The notes under the pieces are model-generated. The model was not told the origin of the DNA, made no database searches, and saw only the letters and a program-made list of their open reading frames with translations. From the NCBI GenBank assembly GCA_046292385.1, contig JBKBRF010000051.1:1-49485 (forward strand): 49,485 nucleotides of DNA. Reading direction: 5' to 3'. Below, one piece after another: positions 27,606 through 35,866 of this stretch. The translations under genes were made by a program, and so were the position numbers. Origin of the DNA: Armatimonadota bacterium. GTDB taxonomy: Bacteria; Armatimonadota; SYMT01. Positions within the stretch are counted from its first letter, which is position 1; each line of letters opens with the position of its first letter.

Positions 27606-28538
27606 ATGCGCACCGCCTACTTCGCCCCGCTCGACCGGCCGCTCTCCCGCCTGGTGCTCGGCTCCATGGTGTTCCACGTCGACACCCTCGACCACACTTA
27701 CGCGCTCCTCGACGAGTGGCGCGCGCTGGGCGGGAACATCGTCGACACCGCGCACCTCTACCAGGGCGGCAACAGCGAGCGCGCCTTCGGCCGCTGGCTG
27801 GAGGCGCGCGGCTGCCGCGACGAGATGGTGATCCTGGGCAAGGGTGCGCACCACAACGCCGACCGCCGCCGCGTCACGCCGGAAGATATCACCTGCGACC
27901 TCCGGGACAGCCTGGCGAGGCTGCGGACCGATCGCATCGACCTCTACCTGCTCCACCGCGACGACCCGGACGTGCCGGTAGAGGAGATCGTTGACGCGCT
28001 CAACCGGCACCGTGACGCGGGCCGCATCCACGCGTTCGGAGGCTCCAACTGGACGCCGGAGCGGATCGACGCCGCGAACGCCTATGCCGCCCGCGAGGGG
28101 CTGGCGGGGTTCTCCGCCTCCAGCCCGCACCTGAGCCTGGCGGTGCCGAACGGGGAGATCTGGCTCGGCTGCGTCGATGCCCGGAGCCCGGAAGCGCTGG
28201 CCTGGTACACGCGCACCCAGATGCCGCTCTTCGCGTGGTCCAGCCAGGCCCGCGGGTTCTTCTCCGGCACCTTCCGGCCGGACGAGGTGACCGACGAGAC
28301 GGTCGGCCGCGTCTTCTACAGCGAGGGCAACTGGGCGCGCCTTCGCCGGGCGGAGCAGCTCGGCGCCGAGCGCGGCTTCACCGCCATCCAGGTGGCGCTG
28401 GCCTGGGTGCTGCACCAGCCGTTCCCCACCTACGCCCTCATCGGCCCGAAAGACGTGGACGAGCTGCGCTCTTGCGTCCGCGCCGCCGAGCTGGAGCTGA
28501 CGCCGGAAGAGGTGCGGTGGCTGGATGCGGGGGAGTAG
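27606..28538 (+). CDS. Aldo/keto reductase
   Basis: LVLGS, DTAHLY, SLARLRTDRIDLYLLHRDD, GGSNW and QVALAWVL. Confidence 0.92.
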   Translation: MRTAYFAPLDRPLSRLVLGSMVFHVDTLDHTYALLDEWRALGGNIVDTAHLYQGGNSERAFGRWLEARGCRDEMVILGKGAHHNADRRRVTPEDITCDLRDSLARLRTDRIDLYLLHRDDPDVPVEEIVDALNRHRDAGRIHAFGGSNWTPERIDAANAYAAREGLAGFSASSPHLSLAVPNGEIWLGCVDARSPEALAWYTRTQMPLFAWSSQARGFFSGTFRPDEVTDETVGRVFYSEGNWARLRRAEQLGAERGFTAIQVALAWVLHQPFPTYALIGPKDVDELRSCVRAAELELTPEEVRWLDAGE

Positions 28539-28580
28539 CCTGCCGGGTACGCGAGAATGGGGCAGCCTGCCCGCGGAGCG

Positions 28581-28706
28581 GCGAGGCATTAAAATACCTC
28601 GCTGATCGGCCTGCGGCCACGCGTCCTCCGGACGCCCAGTCCCAGGCTCTTCTGAGTCCCCGCAGGGGGACTTCGTGCCGTGGTTGCCGCGGTTTCAACC
28701 GCCCGG
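28581..28706 (+). repeat. REP/REPIN-like element, copy 2
   Basis: GCGAGGCATTAAAATACCTCGCT...CGTCCTCCGGACGCCC...GACTTCGTGCCGTGGTTGCCGCGGTTTCAACCGCCCGG. Confidence 0.85.
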
Positions 28707-29645
28707 ACTGTGCTCCACCCGCTCCAGCTCCGCCAGCACGAGCGAAGCGAAGAGCGGAATCATGATCTCGTGGTGGCCGGTGAGCGCCAGGCCCCGCCCG
28801 CCGAGGTGACGGACCCGGTCGACGAGCTGGGTGGCGGAGCGGTAGGTGCGGATCATGTCGAAGTCCGCGCTCAGGCAGCCGTCGAGGCGGCGGCCCTGGT
28901 TCGCCAGGATCGCAAACGCCTTCAGCATCACCTCCGGCATCAGCACCGCGGAGCCGAAGTTGATCAGGGCGCCGCCTTCCAGCGTGGCGACAAGCTGCAC
29001 CAGCCGGCGGAAGTCGCGCAGGCTCCCTTCTCCGATGGCGGCGCCGTCCGCGGAGGGGTGCATGTGGACGATGTCGGTGCCGACCGCCACGTGGACCGTC
29101 ACCGGCACGCCGAGCGCGGCCGCCTGGGCGAGCAGGCTGTGCTCCGCGTGGGGAGCGCCGGCCGCGAGGAGCGCGGTGCCGACCGCTTCCCCGATCCCCT
29201 TCCCTTCCCGGACCCCCTCCGAGACGGCGCGGTTCACGAACGCCTGCGTCTCCTCCGCCATCCCGAAGGTGCCATCGCGAAGGCCCTGGGCCACTTCCTC
29301 CGAGGTGACGCCGAAGAGCGCCAGCTCGCTATCGTGGATCAGCGTGGCGCCGTTGGTGGCGAAGCCGCGGACCACTCCCCGCCGCGCCAGCTCGATCAAC
29401 ACCGGAGCCAGGCCGCACTTGATGACGTGCGCGCCCATGGAGACCAGGACCGTCCGCTCCGACCGCGAGGCCTCCGCCACGTGCGTCACCAGGTCGCGCA
29501 GCACGTCCGCCGCCAGCACCCGCGGCAGCCGCTCCAGGAAGCCGGTCAGCGGCTCCGGCTTCGGGGCGCGCTGCTCCAGGCGCAGCTTGCTGGGGCGCTC
29601 CGCGATCGGCTGGGTCTTGATCCGGTTGAAATCGATCTCTTCCAC
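28695..29645 (-). CDS. Conserved hypothetical protein, deoxyhypusine synthase-like fold
   Basis: MGAHVIKCGL, NGATLIHDSE, GTFGMAEET, GTDIVHMHP, GSAVLMPEV and GHHEIMIP. GTG start at 29645 inferred. Confidence 0.75.
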   Translation of the reverse strand: MEEIDFNRIKTQPIAERPSKLRLEQRAPKPEPLTGFLERLPRVLAADVLRDLVTHVAEASRSERTVLVSMGAHVIKCGLAPVLIELARRGVVRGFATNGATLIHDSELALFGVTSEEVAQGLRDGTFGMAEETQAFVNRAVSEGVREGKGIGEAVGTALLAAGAPHAEHSLLAQAAALGVPVTVHVAVGTDIVHMHPSADGAAIGEGSLRDFRRLVQLVATLEGGALINFGSAVLMPEVMLKAFAILANQGRRLDGCLSADFDMIRTYRSATQLVDRVRHLGGRGLALTGHHEIMIPLFASLVLAELERVEHSPGG

Positions 29646-29674
29646 GGTATCGCTCGAGCCAGTGTACAGCGACC

Positions 29675-29799
29675 GCGAGGGAATGAATTCCCTCGCTGGG
29701 CGGCCTGCGGCCAAGCGTCCTCCGGACGCCCGAACCAGGAAATGCTGAGTCCCCGAAGGGGGACTTCGTGCTGTCGTTGCCGCGGTTTCAACCGCCCGG
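29675..29799 (+). repeat. REP/REPIN-like element, copy 3
   Basis: GCGAGGGAATGAATTCCCTCGCT...CGTCCTCCGGACGCCC...GCCGCGGTTTCAACCGCCCGG. Confidence 0.85.
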
Positions 29800-29828
29800 C
29801 TACCAGCAGAGCCGAGCGACTCCCCTCA

Positions 29829-31205
29829 TCACTTGCGGCCGTTCGGCGAGCCGGTCAGGAAGAACCGGCGCGACCAGTAGGCCTTCGGCGGGCAGGACAG
29901 CCTCTTCAACTCGTCCACATACTGGGCGTGCAGGCGCCGGCCTACTTCCCGGTGCTCCGGGAAGACGTCGTTTACCTCCCCCGGATCGCTCGGAAGGTGA
30001 TGCAGCCGCGGCGGCACCCCGCTCCGCCACCAGATCATCGACCACTCGTGGTCCCGGATGCAGCTCGGATGGTACCGCCGCCAGCCCCGGTACGACCACG
30101 CCGTAATCGCGATGTCGCGCAGGTGCTCCTTCTCGCCGCGCATCAGCGGCAGGAGGGAGCTGGCGTCGACCTCCGGCGGGATCGTCCCGCCGCCGAGCTC
30201 CAACAGGGTCGGCATCAGGTCGCCCGGGTGCACGAACCCGTTCACGTGCCGCGGCGCGTTCCCCGGCAGGCGCACCATGAACGGCACGTGCCCGACCTCG
30301 TGGTAGGGCGGCCAGCCGTCGACGTCCTGCCGCCGCTTGCTCGCCTTGCCCAGCAGGTTGTGCTCGCCCAGGAAGATGCCGTGGTCGGCCAGGAAGACGA
30401 GCACGGTGTTCTCCCGCAGGCCCAGCCGGTCGATCTCATCGACCAGCTTGCCGATCCAGCGGTCGACCATCCGCACCTCTCCCGCGTAGAGGCGCCGCAG
30501 CGAGGCGAGCTCCGCCGCGGAGTAGCGGTCCGCCCGCCCCAGGATCGGGTAGATGATCTTGTCGCCCGTCGCGTCGCGGGGGTCGAGGTACTCCGCCGGG
30601 GGATCCCACGGCTCGTGCGGGTCGAAGCAGTCGATCCAGAGGAAGAACGGCCCCCGGTGCGCGAACCGCTCCAGCCAGTCCCCCGCCGTCTGCATCACCT
30701 GCGGCGCGAAGTAGTCGTCCTCCCGCTGAAAGCCGGCGACGTTCCGGAGGTACTGCCGGACCCGGTCGTGCTGGTCCAGCTTCTCCGCCGGCGCCGGCAG
30801 CGACACCGGGATCGAAGCGTCGGCCCACTTGTCGTACCACTGCCCCCGCAGCCGGATCCGGCTCTGGAACCCGCGGTCGTAGCCGTACTCCAGGTGCTGC
30901 AGCGGCAGCGTGTCGCAGATCAGCGCGGTGTGGTAGCCGAGCGCCCCCATCCGCTGCGCCAGGGTCGTCTCCCCCTCCGGCAGCGGTCCCCAGGTGAGGT
31001 AGGGGAAGATGAACTTGCCGGTAAAGAGCTCCGCCCGGCACGGCAGCGTGGGGAAGCTGCACGCGTAGGCATTGTCGAAGACCACCGACTCGGCGGCCAG
31101 GCGATCCAGGTACGGCGTCTGCACCTCGGTGCTGCCGTTGGAGCTCAGGAAGTCCCAGCGGAACGTGTCGCAGAGAATGACGATGAAGTTCAGCTTCTCA
31201 GACAC
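29829..31205 (-). CDS. Sulfatase-like hydrolase (alkaline phosphatase superfamily)
   Basis: DTFRWD, QTPYLDRLA, FPTLPCRAELFTG, FDPHEPWDPP and ADHG motifs. Confidence 0.88.
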   Translation of the reverse strand: MSEKLNFIVILCDTFRWDFLSSNGSTEVQTPYLDRLAAESVVFDNAYACSFPTLPCRAELFTGKFIFPYLTWGPLPEGETTLAQRMGALGYHTALICDTLPLQHLEYGYDRGFQSRIRLRGQWYDKWADASIPVSLPAPAEKLDQHDRVRQYLRNVAGFQREDDYFAPQVMQTAGDWLERFAHRGPFFLWIDCFDPHEPWDPPAEYLDPRDATGDKIIYPILGRADRYSAAELASLRRLYAGEVRMVDRWIGKLVDEIDRLGLRENTVLVFLADHGIFLGEHNLLGKASKRRQDVDGWPPYHEVGHVPFMVRLPGNAPRHVNGFVHPGDLMPTLLELGGGTIPPEVDASSLLPLMRGEKEHLRDIAITAWSYRGWRRYHPSCIRDHEWSMIWWRSGVPPRLHHLPSDPGEVNDVFPEHREVGRRLHAQYVDELKRLSCPPKAYWSRRFFLTGSPNGRK

Positions 31206-31281
31206 GGGGTACCGGCGGGGGCTAAGGGGGGAGGGTCTGCGCGGAGTATATCACAGGCCAGCTTAGCGGGGAGCGATCAGA

Positions 31282-31354
31282 CCGGGCGGTTGAAACCGCG
31301 GCAACCACGGCACGAAGTTTTATCCCCCGGACGGGGGACCCCCTTCGGGGACTC
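31282..31354 (-). repeat. REP/REPIN-like element, copy 4 (inverted half copy)
   Basis: Reverse complement matches about 6297-6368, including TCCCCCGTCCGGGGGATAAAACTTCGTGCCG. Confidence 0.85.
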
Positions 31355-31675
31355 GCAAGCGAATCAGTCCCCGGTCGTCCGAAGGGACAGCAGCAGGCAA
31401 GCCCGGAGGACGACCATTGTGACCGCCCCTGGGCGTCAGGGGCGGTAGCTCGACGGCGGCCGCTTCAGCCCGTGAACGCCGCTTCTGCGGTGGTAGGGCG
31501 GAGTGGCGCGGGAAGAGCCCGTTGAGGTGAACTCCCGGAGCGGCCCGCTAACGGAGCGCAGCGGAGTGTGAAAGGGCCGGCGGAGGGCACGCGTCGCGGG
31601 AGGGCTGAAGCGGCCGACTAGGGCTCGGGGTCGGGCCGCGGTGACGAGGCAGCGGAACGCCGAGAAAAGTCCAAG

Positions 31676-32332
31676 CTAGCGAACCGGCACCACCTCCAGC
31701 GGCCAGAAAAACATCACCGCCAGGTCCCAGAGCAGGTGCGCCACCAGCACCGGCACCAGGCTGCGGGTCCAGAGCCGCAGCGCTCCCCAGTAGAGGCCGC
31801 ACGCGAAGGCGACGGCGACGAGCAGCGGCGAGCCGACGCTCAGGTGCGTGCAGGCATAGAGGGCGGAGGCGAGCAGCAGTCCTGCCCAGAGCCCCAGGCG
31901 CCGGGAGAGCGCGCTCTGCACCAGGCCGCGCCAGACGAGGTCCTCGCCGGCGATCGCCGCGGGCAGCAGCGCGAACCGCAGCCAGACCGGCTCTCCCTGG
32001 AAGGCGCGGTAGAGGTCGATCGTCTGCGGCGTCACGAGCGACACTGCCCCCGCTGCGACCGGGTACGCGAGGTAGGTCGCGGCGACCATCACGAGACCTG
32101 CGGCGGCGCCGACGGCTACCCGCGCGGGAGACAGCGCGAGGAGCGGGCGGAGGTAGCAGCCTCCGCAGGCAAGCGCGAAGACCCCCGCCAGCGCCGCGAA
32201 GCCCCCCACGCCAAGCCAGACCCCGATCCAGCGGGAGAGCAGCCCGCCCGCGATGCCGAGGGCAATCCCGGCCGCCGCGAGGCGGCGCTCGGTCCAGAAC
32301 GACCCCGGTGTCTCCTCCGCAAAGCCCTTCAC
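31676..32332 (-). CDS. CPBP-family (CAAX/Abi) intramembrane metalloprotease
   Basis: GEDLVWRG, YACTH and AHLLWD motifs, multiple TMs. GTGA overlap with the upstream gene. Confidence 0.8.
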   Translation of the reverse strand: MKGFAEETPGSFWTERRLAAAGIALGIAGGLLSRWIGVWLGVGGFAALAGVFALACGGCYLRPLLALSPARVAVGAAAGLVMVAATYLAYPVAAGAVSLVTPQTIDLYRAFQGEPVWLRFALLPAAIAGEDLVWRGLVQSALSRRLGLWAGLLLASALYACTHLSVGSPLLVAVAFACGLYWGALRLWTRSLVPVLVAHLLWDLAVMFFWPLEVVPVR

Positions 32333-33321
32333 GCGGCGGCTCTTCCGGCCCAGCAGCGGCTCAGCGTGCGCTCGATGCCGCCCCACACGCCGGGGATCGG
32401 TCCGTCCCCGCGCTCCTCCGCCAGCGCCTCTCGCACCGCCTGGTCGAACGAGATGCGGTGCGTGAGGCCGATCAGCTCCCAGTAGCGCCCGTCCCGCGCC
32501 AGGAAGTCGTGCTGGAGGCCGATCACCACCTCCCGCGCGACCGACCACTCCGCCCGCGTCACGAAGTGCACCCAGTGGGAGGAGAGCCAGGGAGAAAGGA
32601 CCGGCACCTCCACCATCACCGGCCGGCGCCGCCCCATCAGGGCGGAGGTCCGCTCCAGGATCTCGCGGCCGGAGAGCACTTCCGGGCCCGGCAGGTCGAA
32701 GCTGGCGCTCCGCTCCAGGGGGATGCGCAGGCCTTCCACCAGCGCCAGGATCACCTCGCGTGCCGCTACCGGCTGGGTCCGGGAGTGCAGCCAGGCCGGC
32801 AGGACCATGCAGGGGAGCCGGGCCGCCAGGTCGCGCACGATCAGCCAGCTCAGGCTGCCGTGTCCCACGATCATGCTCGCGCGCAGCTCCAGGCACGGCA
32901 CCCGGCCGGCGCGCAGCGTCTCCCCCACCTCCAGCCGACTGCGCAGGTGCTCCGTCGGCTCGCCGTCCGGCTTCAAGCCGCCCAGGTAGATCACCCGCGA
33001 AAGGCCGGCCTTTTCCGCCGCGCCCCTGAACCGCTCTGCTGCCTCCACTTCACGCCTCCGGAAGTCCGCCCCGCCCTCGGCCATGCCGTGCACCAGGTAG
33101 TACGAAGCATAACACCCGTCCATGGCGTTTCGGAGCGAGCTCTCGTCGGAGACGTCGCCGCCGGCCCACTCGCGGTCAGGCCACTTGCGACGCGCCTTCT
33201 CCGGGCTGCGGGTGAAGCCGCGGACCCGGTAGCCGGCTCGCTCCAGCTCCGGCCACAGGCGGCCGCCGACAAAGCCGGTGGCGCCGGTCAGGAGAATCCG
33301 TGGGCTCGTACTGCCGCTCAT
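32329..33321 (-). CDS. NAD(P)-binding atypical SDR / epimerase (YbjT-like)
   Basis: TGATGFVGG, YYLVHGM, HLRSRLEVG and RASMIVGHGSLS. Confidence 0.88.
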   Translation of the reverse strand: MSGSTSPRILLTGATGFVGGRLWPELERAGYRVRGFTRSPEKARRKWPDREWAGGDVSDESSLRNAMDGCYASYYLVHGMAEGGADFRRREVEAAERFRGAAEKAGLSRVIYLGGLKPDGEPTEHLRSRLEVGETLRAGRVPCLELRASMIVGHGSLSWLIVRDLAARLPCMVLPAWLHSRTQPVAAREVILALVEGLRIPLERSASFDLPGPEVLSGREILERTSALMGRRRPVMVEVPVLSPWLSSHWVHFVTRAEWSVAREVVIGLQHDFLARDGRYWELIGLTHRISFDQAVREALAEERGDGPIPGVWGGIERTLSRCWAGRAAA

Positions 33322-33369
33322 TACCCTGCCCTCCGCCGCCTGCCTCGCAGGTCGGCCTCTACAGGGGTT

Positions 33370-34479
33370 CTATCCGGCGGCCACGGCGGACAATTCATCC
33401 GCGGCGGAAAGCGCCATCTCCGGTGTGAGGCCGAGCATGCAGACCGGCTCCCGGCAGCTCTTGCTGGAGGGGCAGGTGCAGGCGACCGGAGAGACGACGG
33501 CCCGCGCCTGGCTGCCGTAGGGGCAGAAGCGGGTCTTCTCGATGCGGAGGTCGGTCGGGCCGTAGAGGGTTACGGCCGGGGCGCCGACCGCGCTCGCCAG
33601 GTGCATCGGACCGGTAGAGACGCTCACGAAGAGCCGCGCCTGGGCCAGCACCGCCGCCAGCTCCCGGATCGTCGTCCCGCCCGCCAGCTCCAGCGCCGGC
33701 TCGCGCATCTGCCCGGCGATAGCGCCGACCAGCTCCACTTCCTTCGGGCCGCCGGTGATCCCGACCTGGTAGCCGCGCCGCACCAGGCCGTCGGCGGTCG
33801 CGGCGAACTGCGCCGGCGCCCACGACTGGCGCCCGCCGCCGTGCCCCGGGTGGACGATCGCCAGCGGCCGGCGCTCGTCTCGCCCCCGGCTCTTCAGCCA
33901 CTCCCGCGCCCACCGCCGCTCGTGCTCCGCCAGGTAGACGCGGTAGGTGTGGTCGGCCGGCTCCATTCCGAGCTGGCGCAGGACGTCGAGGTTGTACTCG
34001 ATCTCGTGCTTCTCACCCCGGCGGCGGTCCTGGCGGACGTGCTGCTGGAAGAACTGGCGCCAGTGCGGCTTGCGGTAGTCGCCATAGCGCCAGACGCAGG
34101 TGCGCCACGGGATGCGCGCCGCAACCAGTGCGAAGGCGACGCTGCTGGCGGCGTGGATCGAGAGCACCCAGTCGAACTCGCGCGCGCGCAGCTCCCGCAC
34201 CAGCCGGAAGCGGCTGCCCAGGCCGCGGTGCGTGCTCTGGCGGTCGTAGGTCAGCACCTCGTCCAGGTCCGGGCTCTCCGCCAGCAGCTCGTCCATCGGC
34301 CGGTGCACGAGCGCGGCCAGGTGCGCCGCGGGGAACTGACGGCGGAGCGCCGCGAAGACCGGGGTGGCGCAGAGCACGTCGCCCAGCCGCTGGGTCTGGA
34401 CCACCAGGATCCGGCGCACGGGAAGGCGGCCGCCCGCGATGGAGGGCCAGGTGGCCGGCTGCGCTCCGGAGCCGCTCAC
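33370..34479 (-). CDS. GT9 family glycosyltransferase (heptosyltransferase-like)
   Basis: RLGDVLCATP, HPG and STGPMHLASAVGAPAVTLYGPT. GTG start overlaps the upstream stop. Confidence 0.88.
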   Translation of the reverse strand: MSGSGAQPATWPSIAGGRLPVRRILVVQTQRLGDVLCATPVFAALRRQFPAAHLAALVHRPMDELLAESPDLDEVLTYDRQSTHRGLGSRFRLVRELRAREFDWVLSIHAASSVAFALVAARIPWRTCVWRYGDYRKPHWRQFFQQHVRQDRRRGEKHEIEYNLDVLRQLGMEPADHTYRVYLAEHERRWAREWLKSRGRDERRPLAIVHPGHGGGRQSWAPAQFAATADGLVRRGYQVGITGGPKEVELVGAIAGQMREPALELAGGTTIRELAAVLAQARLFVSVSTGPMHLASAVGAPAVTLYGPTDLRIEKTRFCPYGSQARAVVSPVACTCPSSKSCREPVCMLGLTPEMALSAADELSAVAAG

Positions 34480-35612
34480 GGGAGGCCCTTCAGCGCCCCG
34501 GCCGCGGCGCGGCGGCCCGGATCCGCGGCCAGGCTGCGGAAGAGCCGGTCCCACTGCTGCGTCTCCGCGTCCAGCCGGAACTCCCGCTCCACCCGCTGCC
34601 GGCCCTGGCGGCCGTACTTCTCCCGCAGCGCCTCGTCGGCCAGGAGCGGCTCCAGCGCCTCGGCGATCGCGGCGGCGTTGTACGGCGGCACCAGCGTGCC
34701 GGTCTCCCCGGGCACCACGACGTCGAGAATGCCGCCGACTCCCGACGCCACGATCGGCCGGGAGGCCGCCATCGCTTCCAGCAGCGTGTTCCCGAGCCCT
34801 TCCCGGTGGGAAGCCTGCACCACGACGTCTACCGCCTGGAAGACCGCGGCGATGTCGCTGCGGAAGCCGGTGAAGCGCACGCGGTCCTGCACGCCGAGCG
34901 CGCGTGCCTGCTCCTCCAGGCGCGGGCGCAGCGTCCCCTCGCCGACGATCCAGAGCTCGGCACGCGGGTGCCGCGCCGCCAGGGAGGCGAAGGCGTCGAT
35001 CGTCTCGACCTGCCCCTTGTCCTCCGTCACGCGCGCCAGCACGGCGGCAACCACCGCGCCGGCCGGCGTGCCCAGCTCCGCCCGCACCCGCGCCCGCGCG
35101 GGCGGGTCCGCGTCGTAGAGCGTCGGGTCGATGCCATTGCGGATCACCTGGAGGCGCTCCTCCGGGATCCAGCCGTAGCTCGCCATCTCCTGGCGCAGCG
35201 GCTCCGAGATGACGACCATCCGGTCGGCCCAGCGGAAGAAGAGCCGGTTGTGCCCCCGGTTCTTGAACGTGTCGGTGAGGCCGTTCCGGTAGACCAGCGC
35301 GGGGCGGCCGGCCAGGCGGGTCGCGGGCGCCGCCAGGCGGAAGGCGCGCTCGTTGCAGCAGAGCACCACCTGCGGCTGCAGCCGGCGCAGCGTGCCGGCA
35401 AGGCCGAGGACGCCGGACGGGGAGACGTCGTGCCGCATCGTGACGGGAGCGGTCTCCAGCCCGCGCTCCTGCGCGAGCCGCTCGATGCCGGAGCCGGACT
35501 GGCAAACGATCACCGGCTCGTGGCCGACGCCCCGCCAGCAGTCCGCCTGCCGCACCACCCACTTCTCGCCGCCGCCGCAGACGCGCAGCGAATTGATGAC
35601 CGCAACTCTCAA
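34476..35612 (-). CDS. GT4 family glycosyltransferase
   Basis: GGGEK, NGID, GFRSD and EGLGNTLLEAMA. TTG start inferred (ORF track gives 35675). Confidence 0.88.
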   Translation of the reverse strand: MRVAVINSLRVCGGGEKWVVRQADCWRGVGHEPVIVCQSGSGIERLAQERGLETAPVTMRHDVSPSGVLGLAGTLRRLQPQVVLCCNERAFRLAAPATRLAGRPALVYRNGLTDTFKNRGHNRLFFRWADRMVVISEPLRQEMASYGWIPEERLQVIRNGIDPTLYDADPPARARVRAELGTPAGAVVAAVLARVTEDKGQVETIDAFASLAARHPRAELWIVGEGTLRPRLEEQARALGVQDRVRFTGFRSDIAAVFQAVDVVVQASHREGLGNTLLEAMAASRPIVASGVGGILDVVVPGETGTLVPPYNAAAIAEALEPLLADEALREKYGRQGRQRVEREFRLDAETQQWDRLFRSLAADPGRRAAAGALKGLP

Positions 35613-35691
35613 CGAAGCTCCCCAATCCCGTAAGCCGGGCCTATCGATACCTCGGCCTCTACCGATTCGCGGCACCCTCTAGCGGTAATGC

Positions 35692-35819
35692 CGGAGTGAC
35701 GCGCTTGCGCGGCCTCCCTACCGGAGTCGCGACCGTGCCGTTAAGCGGAGACCGCACCACTACTTCTTCACGAGAACGACTTCACATCGGAAGAAGAGCC
35801 GCGCAAGCGCGTCACTCCG
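35692..35819. repeat. 22-bp perfect inverted repeat pair enclosing 84 bp (REPIN/MITE-like)
   Basis: CGGAGTGACGCGCTTGCGCGGC at 35692-35713 and its reverse complement at 35798-35819. Confidence 0.85.
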
Positions 35820-35866
35820 CGAAACCCTCGAAGTGCCTACCTATCGGCCGAGTGGCCCAGCTCGTC

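Noticed and set aside
31400..31670. Hairpins upstream of the sulfatase (e.g. CCGCCCCTG-ggcgt-CAGGGGCGG) as a riboswitch
   Set aside because: I could not recognise any aptamer consensus, and GC-rich hairpins are common here.
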